A stretch of DNA of 64,000 bases from an uncultured Acidimicrobiaceae bacterium (GCA_963827115.1 CAWGZS010000002.1:47323-111322), one strand, 5' to 3'; shown: positions 11,825 through 20,153, numbered from the stretch's first letter. A program made the numbers and translations. The notes: generated from the letters alone by a model not told the origin.

Positions 11825-12903
11825 GGGCGTCCCTTAGAGAGGTCGATCACGGCGGCCGGACTCATACCTGAGGGCAGCGGAGACGCAGTGGTTACTAGGG
11901 TTTGGCCCACCGGAAGAAGTTTCAGGAGGCGATCACTCCGCGATGGATCCAGCTCGCTGAAGACGTCATCGAGTAGCAGAAGAGGGTCGATGCCGCGGCG
12001 TTGTTGCACGAGGGAGTGACCCGCGAGGCGAAGCGCGAGCGCGAGCGAACGCTGCTCTCCTTGAGATGCTTGTCGACGCGCGTCGCGGTCGTCCAGGGTG
12101 AGCGCGATGTCGTCGCGTTGCGGTCCGATAGTCGTGTGGCCACGAAAACGGTCGTCGTCCAACGAGTCACGAAGCGCCTTGAACAGGTCACCTTGCCAGG
12201 ATTGCTCATAGGAGATTCCGACGCGCAAATCGTCGTGAGCAAGCTCCTGATAGAACCTGGCCACCAGCGGTGCGAGGTCGTCGAGAACCTTTCGCCGCAT
12301 GCGCACGAGCTCTTCGCTGACGAGTGAGAAATCGTTTGACCATATGTCGAGCTCGTCGCGCTGAATCGGATTTGGGTGATCGCCGTGCAGGGCGCGAAGC
12401 AAGGCGTTTCTTTGACTAAGGATTCTCGTGAAACGCTCGATGACGTCGCCCGTAGTGAGATCGACATCGGTCATCAAATGCGTGAGGAAGGCGCGACGAT
12501 TCTCCGGTCCTTGGCGAACGACGTCGACCCCTTCGGGGGTGAATATCGTGAGGGGAAGTACGTTGCCTAGGTCGGCCCGCGACGATGGTCGTTGGCCATT
12601 GACCAGCATCTTCTTAGTGGTGTTGCGCACGTTACGCGTAAGTGTGAGATCGACCTGGACGCGACGTTCGCGTTGGAAGAGCACGCCGTGTATCTCGGCG
12701 ATCGTGGCGGTGCTTCGAATCATGTCGCTCGCCGTCGTGGTGCGGAAGGACGAGGCCGTGGCGAGCGCGTACACGGCTTCGAGGACGGACGTCTTCCCGG
12801 TGCCGTTCGGCGAGAGCAGTACGGTGATGGCTTCGCGGTCGGGAGCGAAATGAAACTCTTGAAAGAGCCGGAAATCCCTAAGTTCGAGTTCGTGGAGACC
12901 CAC
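11821..12903 (-). CDS. recF: DNA replication and repair protein RecF
   Basis: 360 aa with an N-terminal Walker A (SPNGTGKTSVLEA) and the SMC-like signature/Walker B (GEQRSLALAL...LLLLDDVFSELD). Confidence 0.95.
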   Translation of the reverse strand: MGLHELELRDFRLFQEFHFAPDREAITVLLSPNGTGKTSVLEAVYALATASSFRTTTASDMIRSTATIAEIHGVLFQRERRVQVDLTLTRNVRNTTKKMLVNGQRPSSRADLGNVLPLTIFTPEGVDVVRQGPENRRAFLTHLMTDVDLTTGDVIERFTRILSQRNALLRALHGDHPNPIQRDELDIWSNDFSLVSEELVRMRRKVLDDLAPLVARFYQELAHDDLRVGISYEQSWQGDLFKALRDSLDDDRFRGHTTIGPQRDDIALTLDDRDARRQASQGEQRSLALALRLAGHSLVQQRRGIDPLLLLDDVFSELDPSRSDRLLKLLPVGQTLVTTASPLPSGMSPAAVIDLSKGRP

Positions 12904-12915
12904 GATCAGTCCGAA

Positions 12916-14016
12916 CTACTGAACGCGAACGGGCATGAGGAGATAACGAAACCTGGTGTCGTCTACTCCGTGCACCATGGCGGGACGCACTGAATCGGAC
13001 ATCTCGAGAATGACTTCGTCTCCGGGAACCGCCTCGATACCGTCGATCAGGAAGCTCGGGTTGAAGGCAATGGTTATTTCCTCGCCGTTGTAGTCCGCGT
13101 CGACGTTGTCTTCCACGTCACCCGCGTCGTGACTCTGCGTCCTGATTTCGATGCTCTTGTCCTTGGTTGTCAAACGCACCGATGACGTTGAGTCTTTGGC
13201 GAGCAGCTTGGCTCGCTTGAGGGATGTGAGCAGGGTATCTTTTGCCACCCGCAACTGATTCGGGTAACTCGCCGGAATCAACTGCAGCACCGAGGGGTAG
13301 TTGCCCTCGATGAGCCGTGACGCGATGCTGGTTGTACCAACCACAAAACAAATCTCCGCCTCGGTGAGGGTGACACCAATTTGGGCATCGTGGGCCAGTG
13401 ACGCCGCCGCCCGCTGGAGCTCCTGCAGTGCTCGGGCGGGAACGAGGAGGTCCTGTGATCCCCCTACCCCTTCGACACCGGGAACGTCGCGAACCGCCAG
13501 CCGATACGAGTCCGTAGCGATCAGACGAAGAGAACCGTTATCCGTAGTGAAAAGAACCCCGGTCAGAAGAGGACGGGCGTCGTCGTTCGCCGCGGCGCGT
13601 ACCACCTGATTAAGGCCCTGTATCAAATCCAGGGCGGCAAGCGACGTCAATGAACCGGCTACTGGTGGAAGTTTTGGGTAATCCATGACAGAAAATGTGC
13701 GGAGGGAGAATTTCGCTCTACCTAGAGAGATTTCAACGTTCTCGTCATTGCCCGAGATCGTCACTGCCCCTGCTTCAAGGGAACGAACCGCGTCGACGAT
13801 CAGCCGAGCCGGCACCACGGTCGATCCGTCCTCAATGCCAATGACATCAACGGTTGTGCGTACCGTGATATCGAGATCGGTTCCCGTGACGGTCAGCTGA
13901 TTGCCGACCAAAGAAAGGAGGATGCCGGAGGATGCGCCGATGATGCGCGTCGCTACAACACGACTCGCTGCGCTCAACGCCTCAACAAGGATGTCGCGTT
14001 CTGATTTGAACTTCAC
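12916..14016 (-). CDS. dnaN: DNA polymerase III beta sliding clamp
   Basis: Track ORF starts at TTG 14034. I prefer GTG 14016 (VKFKSERDILVEAL...), which is preceded by AGGAAAGG. It has the three-domain clamp length and ends ...RFRYLLMPVRV. Confidence 0.95.
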   Translation of the reverse strand: MKFKSERDILVEALSAASRVVATRIIGASSGILLSLVGNQLTVTGTDLDITVRTTVDVIGIEDGSTVVPARLIVDAVRSLEAGAVTISGNDENVEISLGRAKFSLRTFSVMDYPKLPPVAGSLTSLAALDLIQGLNQVVRAAANDDARPLLTGVLFTTDNGSLRLIATDSYRLAVRDVPGVEGVGGSQDLLVPARALQELQRAAASLAHDAQIGVTLTEAEICFVVGTTSIASRLIEGNYPSVLQLIPASYPNQLRVAKDTLLTSLKRAKLLAKDSTSSVRLTTKDKSIEIRTQSHDAGDVEDNVDADYNGEEITIAFNPSFLIDGIEAVPGDEVILEMSDSVRPAMVHGVDDTRFRYLLMPVRVQ

Positions 14017-14266
14017 TGAATTACCTTTCCTCAACTACTGAGATTATGGTGTGTTTTTCTATATCAAGAAGTCTTAGTAGTAGTAGGCCTGTGGGTTTGT
14101 GGATTAGTCGCCAAAAGACCTGATAGAACGCAACTTATTATTCCAATTCTTTACACACCTCTGTGACTAACTCCTTCAACCCTAAAAACTCAACCATAAA
14201 GTCATGTGCGCTTCACGTCAGTTCTCAACTCCTAATCAACAAGGCACCCCAAAGGTTGCGCACAAA
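14017..14266. other. candidate oriC segment (AT-rich dnaA-dnaN spacer)
   Basis: The 250-nt spacer is strikingly AT-rich against the surrounding DNA (for example TTTTTCTATATCAAGAAGTCTTAGTAGTAGTAGG at 14054-14087). It holds DnaA-box-like 9-mers (TGTGGATTA at 14098-14106, TGTGACTAA at 14162-14170). Actinobacterial origins usually lie between dnaA and dnaN. Confidence 0.55.
14098..14106 (-). promoter_or_regulatory. DnaA-box-like 9-mer (TAATCCACA on minus strand)
   Basis: One mismatch to TTATCCACA. It is directly preceded by a related TGTGGGTTT at 14090-14098. Confidence 0.5.
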
Positions 14267-15643
14267 CTACTCTCTGTTCTCCCCTTGCAATCGGCGCTTG
14301 AGTTGATTGATCTGAGAGAGGGTTTCGGCGTTGAGTGCAATCTGCTCACGAATCTTCTCAACACCACTGATCACCGTCGTGTGATTTCGACCATCGAAGA
14401 TCCGGGCGATCATTGGATAGGAGTAATTGGTTAGTAGATCGCGTATCAGATACATCGCAACATGTCGTGCGTGTACCAGTGGCCGTAGTCGCTTGGCTCC
14501 TCGGACATCCTCGACCGAAAGTCCGTAGAACTCTGAAACAACAGCCAGGATCGTCTCTGGCTTCAATATCACCTGTTCCTGGCCCAGATTTGTGAGGTGA
14601 GCCTTGGCGAGTTCGAGAGATATGGGTTCTTGACGCAGGTTGGCGAAGGCTCGCAGCATTGTGATCGAGCCTTCGAGCTCGCGAATGTTGTCTCTGACGC
14701 GTTGAGCGATCCATTCCGCGACGTCGCTAGGTAGAGCGATGCCTTCCCGCTCCGCCTTCGATCGAAGAATCGCAATTCGTGTCTCGAGGTCGGGCTGATC
14801 AATCTCGGTGACGAGGCCCTGCAGCAAGCGACTTCGAAAGCGATCCTGCAATCCCGCGAGATCGCGTGGAGATCGATCAGACGTGAGCACGATTTGTTTG
14901 CCGTCACCATGGAGCGCGTTGTACGTGTGGAAGATCTCTTCGTGGAACGTCTCGCCTCGCGTCTCCATGAACTGAATGTCATCAATGAGCAAGACGTCGT
15001 TCTCTCGATAACGCTCGTGCAACGCCAGCTGCGTTCTCGTTTGGATCGCGCGGATGAAGTCATTGAGGAATGTTTCTGTGGAGACGTACAGCACCTTGCG
15101 CCCGGGGTAGTTCTCCTGGACGTAGTTGCCGATGGCGTGAAGGAGGTGGGTCTTGCCCAGGCCGGAGTTGCCGTAAATCATGAGGGGATTGTACGCACGA
15201 CCAGGTGTTTCGGCGACCGATTGGGCGGCCGCGAAGGCGAGGCGGTTGGACGAGCCAGGAACGAACGAATCAAAGGTCATGCGCGGGTCGAGCCGAGCTG
15301 GGCGATCGACGCTGGGGACGAACGAGACGGTATCGAAGGTGTTCGTTGGCTCCTCGACTTCGTCACTCACTGTGTTCACCGGTTCTTCACTCAGCGTTAA
15401 TGAAACCTGCACCTCTGCGCCGATCAATCGCTGCGCCTGTTCGGTGATAAATGGAAGGTAGCGCTGTTGGACCCGTTGCAATTGAATTTGGTTGGGCGCG
15501 CCGATGACAAGTTGATTGTCGTGGTAATCCACAAGGCGTAGTGTGCTTAAACCGGCCGACCAAACGGACTCAGAAGCGTTGCCACGTAAGGAGTCCCGTA
15601 AAGCTAACCAGATCTCCTCACTGCTCTGCATCCGTCCCTCCAC
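14267..15643 (-). CDS. dnaA: chromosomal replication initiator protein DnaA
   Basis: 458 aa with the AAA+ Walker A (GNSGLGKTHLLHAIG), box VII, and the domain IV helix-turn-helix (RHVAMYLIRDL...SYPMIARIFDGRNHTTV). The track start is GTG 15643; ATG 15631 (MQSSEEIW...) is an equally plausible start. Confidence 0.97.
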   Translation of the reverse strand: MEGRMQSSEEIWLALRDSLRGNASESVWSAGLSTLRLVDYHDNQLVIGAPNQIQLQRVQQRYLPFITEQAQRLIGAEVQVSLTLSEEPVNTVSDEVEEPTNTFDTVSFVPSVDRPARLDPRMTFDSFVPGSSNRLAFAAAQSVAETPGRAYNPLMIYGNSGLGKTHLLHAIGNYVQENYPGRKVLYVSTETFLNDFIRAIQTRTQLALHERYRENDVLLIDDIQFMETRGETFHEEIFHTYNALHGDGKQIVLTSDRSPRDLAGLQDRFRSRLLQGLVTEIDQPDLETRIAILRSKAEREGIALPSDVAEWIAQRVRDNIRELEGSITMLRAFANLRQEPISLELAKAHLTNLGQEQVILKPETILAVVSEFYGLSVEDVRGAKRLRPLVHARHVAMYLIRDLLTNYSYPMIARIFDGRNHTTVISGVEKIREQIALNAETLSQINQLKRRLQGENRE

Positions 15644-15658
15644 AGGTCGACACTGACA

Positions 15659-15667
15659 TTATCCACA
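15659..15667 (+). promoter_or_regulatory. perfect consensus DnaA box TTATCCACA
   Basis: Read directly from the sequence, 16 nt upstream of the dnaA ORF in the dnaA-rpmH divergent spacer. This is consistent with dnaA autoregulation and/or part of the origin. Confidence 0.7.
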
Positions 15668-15839
15668 AGCAGAGTCGCTTGGCGAACGAATCCAGTGTCC
15701 TCGGGGAGTGTTACCCTACTCCGTTTTCGTCCGCCGTGCCGGGGCGCCGGCCACGTCGGATAAGATTGCTCCCAGTTGTGTGCCAGCGACCCCCAGGGGG
15801 TACCGCGAAGCGCACCCAAATAGTTTGAGATGAGGTTTT

Positions 15840-15974
15840 GTGAAGAGAACGTATCAACCAAATAAGAGGAAAAGGGCAAAAACGCACGGCTTTCGTGCTC
15901 GTATGCGCACCCGGGCCGGTCGAGCCATTCTTAAGGCCCGCCGCGACAAGGGTCGCCACGAGCTGACGGTCTGA
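15840..15974 (+). CDS. rpmH: 50S ribosomal protein L34
   Basis: Absent from the ORF track because it is under 60 aa. My translation from GTG 15840 is (M)[43 protein letters not shown], ending at TGA 15972-15974. GAGG lies 5 nt upstream. The sequence and the position before rnpA are canonical. Confidence 0.92.
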   Translation: MKRTYQPNKRKRAKTHGFRARMRTRAGRAILKARRDKGRHELTV

Positions 15975-15981
15975 GCAAAGG

Positions 15982-16314
15982 GTGCCCGGTCGGGTTCGTA
16001 CCCGACGGCAGTTCGCACTTTTTGCCACACCGACCGGACGAGGTCAGAGCGGACCGTTACGAATCAGCTTCGTAATCGGCGCCGACGAGGACCTTGCGGT
16101 CAATGTGGCGTACGCGATCAGCCGGAAGGTCGGAAACGCCGTTACGCGCAACAGAATTCGACGGCGCCTGCGATCACTTGTCGACAACCTTATCCCTCAA
16201 CCGTACCCAGGAAACTACCTGATCAAGTGCGGATTAGAGACAGGAAATCTCTCCTATGACGAACTTCACCTCCACCTCGAGCAAGCGCTATCTCGTGCCG
16301 GGGCACGGCACTGA
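15982..16314 (+). CDS. rnpA: ribonuclease P protein component
   Basis: 110 aa. RTRRQF... and the RNR-like motif KVGNAVTRNRIRRRLR are present, and it lies immediately after rpmH. Confidence 0.9.
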   Translation: MPGRVRTRRQFALFATPTGRGQSGPLRISFVIGADEDLAVNVAYAISRKVGNAVTRNRIRRRLRSLVDNLIPQPYPGNYLIKCGLETGNLSYDELHLHLEQALSRAGARH

Positions 16315-16561
16315 CTCCTCGCTTGGGGCGCGGGCGCTCCTAGGTGCCATCGCGGCCTATCAGCGGTTGACGGCGGGGCGAATTGCGCCGTGCCGGTTCT
16401 ATCCTTCGTGCTCGCAGTACGCCCGCGAGGCCGTTGAGGTCCATGGCGCGTGGCGCGGAGCGGGACTAGCCCTGCGACGCTTGAGCCGCTGCCGCCCTTT
16501 GGGTCCGCACGGCGTTGACCTCGTACCTCTCTCAAAGAAAGTCAGGAGCACTGAGTCATGA
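16256..16561 (+). CDS. yidD: membrane protein insertion efficiency factor YidD
   Basis: AYQRL...APCRFYPSCSQYAREAVEVHGAWRGAGLALRRLSRCRP is the YidD signature. The true start may be GTG 16295, which reduces the overlap with rnpA. Confidence 0.85.
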   Translation: MTNFTSTSSKRYLVPGHGTDSSLGARALLGAIAAYQRLTAGRIAPCRFYPSCSQYAREAVEVHGAWRGAGLALRRLSRCRPLGPHGVDLVPLSKKVRSTES

Positions 16562-17547
16562 GTTCGTTCAAACACGCCGTCGGCAGTGTTTTCCAGCCAA
16601 TTTTTCATGTCGTGGGCTGGCTTTTAGCGCTTTGTTATGACCTGATTCCCAACTACGCGGTGGCGATAATCCTCCTGACGATCATCATCATGGCGGTTCT
16701 GACCCCATTCACCATCAAGAGCACCAAGTCGATGATGGCGATGCAGAAGCTCCAGCCCGAGATCAAGAAGCTTCAAGTGAAGTACAAGGGTCCGGAGAAT
16801 CGCCAACAGTTGAACGAAGAGATGATGAAGCTGTACCGCGAGGAAGGCGCCAACCCGATCGGTGGCTGCCTGCCGATGCTGTTGCAGATGCCGTTCCTCT
16901 TCATTCTTTACAGCGTTATCAAGGGATTGGCCAACCAGGTCCTGGTAAAGGGCAAATTGACCTCGATGCCGCGCTACATTCCGGCATCCTCGAAGATGTA
17001 CAAGAGCCTTATTGCCTCGCACGGGCAGATAAAGGCATTTGGGATGGACTTGAACCTTAAGGCCTTCAGTATTCACAGTTCTTTCGCGGCTCAGATACCC
17101 TTCTTCGTTTTTGTCGCTGTCGCCGTGGCCCTGCAGTACTTCCAGATGGCCCAAATGACGAACCGCAGCAAGAAGTCGGGCACGACGCTCCCGCCCCAGC
17201 AATTGATGATGCAGCGTTTCTTTCCGATTATTTTCGCATACTTCTATCTTGTTATTCCTGCCGCAGTGGTGCTCTACATGATTATTTCTACAACTATTCG
17301 TATAATTACTCAAGATTTGATGTTTCGAACTGGGGTGTCAAATCCCAACAAGGGTAAAGAGGGTCTTGTGGCGGGTCAGCCGAAAGAGATCCCCGCCGTC
17401 GAAGAGCTGTCGTCAAACCCCAAGCCGCAATCCAAGCCGCAGGGGAAACCGCAAGCCAAGCCGCAGGCGAAGGCCCAACCGAGACCTCAGCCGAGGCCTC
17501 AGGCAAATTCACGCTCCAAAGCGAAGCGGAAACGAAGGGAGCGATAA
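16558..17547 (+). CDS. yidC: membrane protein insertase YidC (short, Gram-positive type)
   Basis: 329 aa. Contains the conserved core ...MQKLQPEIKKLQVKYK...MMKLYREEGANPIGGCLPMLLQMPFLF... and a basic KPQ-rich C-terminal tail. The ATG overlaps the yidD stop. Confidence 0.93.
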   Translation: MSSFKHAVGSVFQPIFHVVGWLLALCYDLIPNYAVAIILLTIIIMAVLTPFTIKSTKSMMAMQKLQPEIKKLQVKYKGPENRQQLNEEMMKLYREEGANPIGGCLPMLLQMPFLFILYSVIKGLANQVLVKGKLTSMPRYIPASSKMYKSLIASHGQIKAFGMDLNLKAFSIHSSFAAQIPFFVFVAVAVALQYFQMAQMTNRSKKSGTTLPPQQLMMQRFFPIIFAYFYLVIPAAVVLYMIISTTIRIITQDLMFRTGVSNPNKGKEGLVAGQPKEIPAVEELSSNPKPQSKPQGKPQAKPQAKAQPRPQPRPQANSRSKAKRKRRER

Positions 17548-17550
17548 CCC

Positions 17551-18420
17551 ATGGATTGGGTAGAAACCACTGGAAAATCAATTGATGAGGCAACCGATCG
17601 AGCGCTAGCTCACCTCGGTGTGCACCGCGACGACGCCGAGGTTGAAGTCATTGAAGAGCCCAAGGCCGGTCTCTTCGGGCGGATTCGCGGTGAGGCACGG
17701 GTGCGGGCCCGGGTTCGCCCGTCTGGCCCCAGGCCGAAGCGGTCACGTCGCTCGGGCGGGCGCGAGGATCGTCCGCGCAATGCGGCCGTTCGCCCAGACA
17801 AGCCTCGCTCGACGACCTCCAACCAAGGGGAGTCGCCGCGTCGCGAACGCGATCAATCGAATCGCCCGCGTCGCTCCGCTGCAGGAGCGCCAAGCAGCGT
17901 CACACAATCTGAAAAGAATCCAACGAAGGAGGACACCATGGCTGAAGGAATTTCGCTAGCCGAGCAAGGTTCGATAGCAAAGGAGTTTCTCGTGGGACTT
18001 CTGGCGTCGATGAACATAAGTGCCGAAGTGTCGGTGAAGGAGTTGGACGAGGAGACCGTGGAGCTTTCCGTAAACGCGGATCCGCCGACCGAGCTAGGAG
18101 TCCTCGTAGGTCCCCGCGGCACAACGCTTCAGGCTTTGCAAGAGGTCACCCGGACCGTGGTGCAATCAAAGAGTCCTAGCCGGACTGATCGGATCCTGGT
18201 CGACGTGGCGCAGTACCGGGAGCGCCGGGTCGCGGCGTTGGGGCGCTTCGCTCAACAAGTGGCCCAGGAAGTCAGTGACACCGGGGAGGAACGAGCCCTC
18301 GAACCCATGTCAGCGGCAGACCGCAAGGCGATTCACGATGCCTTAACCGATAATCCGAGTGTCAGCACCCGTTCGGAAGGTGAAGAACCGCGTCGTTTCG
18401 TGGTGGTTGTTCCGGCATAA
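17551..18420 (+). CDS. Jag/KhpB-type RNA-binding protein (Jag_N + KH + R3H)
   Basis: It has the N-terminal Jag_N block (GKSIDEATDRALAHLGV...VEVIEEPKAGLFG), a long basic disordered linker, and a C-terminal R3H (MSAADRKAIHDAL). The position after yidC is conserved. Confidence 0.85.
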   Translation: MDWVETTGKSIDEATDRALAHLGVHRDDAEVEVIEEPKAGLFGRIRGEARVRARVRPSGPRPKRSRRSGGREDRPRNAAVRPDKPRSTTSNQGESPRRERDQSNRPRRSAAGAPSSVTQSEKNPTKEDTMAEGISLAEQGSIAKEFLVGLLASMNISAEVSVKELDEETVELSVNADPPTELGVLVGPRGTTLQALQEVTRTVVQSKSPSRTDRILVDVAQYRERRVAALGRFAQQVAQEVSDTGEERALEPMSAADRKAIHDALTDNPSVSTRSEGEEPRRFVVVVPA

Positions 18421-18427
18421 TCGATCA

Positions 18428-19051
18428 GTGAACAATTCTTGGTTACCCCGCGCCCTTGAAGATTCAAGGGCGCGGGGTTTTTTAGGCCCTGCGTCAATTG
18501 AGGTCCAGATTGAACATGCTTTAGGGTTTGCTCAATGTTGGGAGGGACTTCACACTTCCCCGCCGGAGTCCTTTTTGGACCTGGGAAGCGGTGGTGGACT
18601 ACCGGGACTTGTCTTACTTGAGCGATGGGGCACTCGCGCGGTGCTCATAGATTCCATGGAGAAGAGAACAAGATTCTTAAAGGACGTTCTCGCTCAGGCC
18701 GAGGCGCCGCAGAGTGGCGAGGTAATCACTGGTCGGGCCGAAGAACTCGCCCGGGAGGCCTTCCTATCAGGTGCGTTCGATCTCGTCACGGCTCGATCAT
18801 TCGGCCCGCCGGCCGTCACGGCCGAGTGTGCGGCCAGATTTTTAAAGGTTGGGGGAACCCTGGTCGTCTCCGAACCGCCCGACGATAGTGAAGTCGGGCG
18901 ATGGAATGTCGAGATCCTCGCCACACTTGGTCTTAAGGCGCTAGGCCGCGTCCGCTACGGGCCCGCGTTTCAGATTTTGACGAAAACCAAGCCAACTCCC
19001 AAGGATTATCCTCGCGCGATCGGTACACCCAACAAACTTCCCCTGTTCTAA
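18428..19051 (+). CDS. rsmG: 16S rRNA (guanine527-N7)-methyltransferase RsmG, N-terminally short
   Basis: Has RGFLGP..., the SAM motif LDLGSGGGLPGLVL, and TARSFG. The track start ATG 18359 overlaps jag by 62 nt. GTG 18428 is the last in-frame ATG/GTG/TTG upstream of the conserved RGFLGP block. Confidence 0.85.
   Translation: MNNSWLPRALEDSRARGFLGPASIEVQIEHALGFAQCWEGLHTSPPESFLDLGSGGGLPGLVLLERWGTRAVLIDSMEKRTRFLKDVLAQAEAPQSGEVITGRAEELAREAFLSGAFDLVTARSFGPPAVTAECAARFLKVGGTLVVSEPPDDSEVGRWNVEILATLGLKALGRVRYGPAFQILTKTKPTPKDYPRAIGTPNKLPLF
18445..18483 (+). terminator. intrinsic-terminator-like hairpin plus T6 (inside the 5' end of rsmG)
   Basis: CCCCGCGCCCTTGA (18446-18459), loop AGAT, TCAAGGGCGCGGGG (18464-18477). 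This is a perfect 14-bp stem, extendable by A18445-T18478, followed by TTTTTT (18478-18483). It starts 25 nt after the jag stop. Confidence 0.6.
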
Positions 19052-19067
19052 TGTTTCACGTGAAACA
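19052..19067. other. parS centromere-like site 1 (TGTTTCACGTGAAACA)
   Basis: Perfect 16-bp palindrome identical to the widely conserved parS consensus. It starts on the nucleotide after the rsmG stop codon. Confidence 0.92.
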
Positions 19068-19099
19068 ACTGGTGATCTGATCTCCAATTCATCTCGGGA

Positions 19100-19115
19100 T
19101 GTTTCACGTGAAACA
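19100..19115. other. parS site 2 (TGTTTCACGTGAAACA), core of a 34-bp perfect palindrome
   Basis: Identical 16-mer. Its flanks extend the palindrome to 19091-19124 (ATCTCGGGATGTTTCAC|GTGAAACATCCCGAGAT). Confidence 0.92.
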
Positions 19116-19146
19116 TCCCGAGATAGGGATACGTGCCCACTGATAG

Positions 19147-19162
19147 TGTTTCACGTGAAACA
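19147..19162. other. parS site 3 (TGTTTCACGTGAAACA)
   Basis: Identical 16-mer, 47 nt after site 2. Confidence 0.92.
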
Positions 19163-19276
19163 TTGAGGTACGGGCAGCTTCTGTCCACGTGTTCCCCGTT
19201 CGGGAAATGCGTGCAACAAAGGGGATTTGGAAGGGAAGTCGCCTAACATTGATCTATGTCAACGTTCAGGCGATAA

Positions 19277-19292
19277 TGTTTCACGTGAAACA
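19277..19292. other. parS site 4 (TGTTTCACGTGAAACA)
   Basis: Identical 16-mer, 88 nt upstream of the parA start. Confidence 0.92.
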
Positions 19293-19379
19293 TCGGTACT
19301 TGACGGGTCGTCAAAAACCGTGTTGAATGGCATGGTATTCGACGAAGTGTCGGGATGCCCTTAGGCCGGAAAGAGGCTC

Positions 19380-20153
19380 ATGGCGGACGCCAGCGAGATG
19401 ACGATATTTGCCGTAGCCAACCAAAAGGGCGGTGTCGGCAAGACAACCACCACGATTTCGCTGGGTGCAGCGTTAGCTGAGAAAGGCAAGAGGGTACTGG
19501 TCGTCGATCTCGACCCTCAAGGTAACGCCACTACGGGGCTCGGTGTCGATGGAAGGCAGTTCGAGCGCTCGGTTTACGATGTTCTCCTGAACGACGTTCC
19601 GATGGTGGACATCGTTGAGCCCACGGGCTTCAATAACCTGTTTGTGGCGCCGGCCACGCTCGACCTCGCCGGGGTAGAGCAAGAGTTGGCCGCAGTAATA
19701 TCTCGAGAATTACGTCTTAAGAAGGCACTCACGTCGGTCGAGGGCGACTTCGACTATATATTCATCGACTGTCCCCCGTCGCTGGGCCTTATCACCATAA
19801 ATGCCTTCGCGGCGGCCACCGACATCCTTGTCCCGGTTCAGACCGAGTTCTACGCGCTTGAAGGTTTAACCCAGCTCCAGCGGATCGTGGATCTCGTTCA
19901 GAAGAATTTGAATCCGATGCTTCGTATAACGAAGGTGGTATTGACGATGTACGATTCACGCAACACCCTTTCCATTGACGTCGCGGCGGAGGTTCGACGC
20001 CATTTTCCCGAGGAATTATGCCGGTCCGTAATCCCTCGAACCGTTCGTCTTGCTGAAGCCCCATCGTTTGGTCAACCAATCACGATATTCGATCCCACGT
20101 CTAAGGGTGCTAAGGCATATTTCGCGCTAGCAGAGGAGATCATCAATGGCTAG
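19380..20153 (+). CDS. parA: chromosome partitioning ATPase ParA/Soj
   Basis: 257 aa with the deviant Walker A NQKGGVGKTTT, and DCPPSLG. Confidence 0.95.
   Translation: MADASEMTIFAVANQKGGVGKTTTTISLGAALAEKGKRVLVVDLDPQGNATTGLGVDGRQFERSVYDVLLNDVPMVDIVEPTGFNNLFVAPATLDLAGVEQELAAVISRELRLKKALTSVEGDFDYIFIDCPPSLGLITINAFAAATDILVPVQTEFYALEGLTQLQRIVDLVQKNLNPMLRITKVVLTMYDSRNTLSIDVAAEVRRHFPEELCRSVIPRTVRLAEAPSFGQPITIFDPTSKGAKAYFALAEEIING

Noticed and set aside
19181-19196. CTGTCCACGTGTTCCC, a possible fifth degenerate parS or a DnaA box (TGTCCAC core)
   Set aside because: It shares only the central CACGTG with parS and the flanks do not match. As a DnaA box it has two mismatches and stands alone. This is too weak to call.
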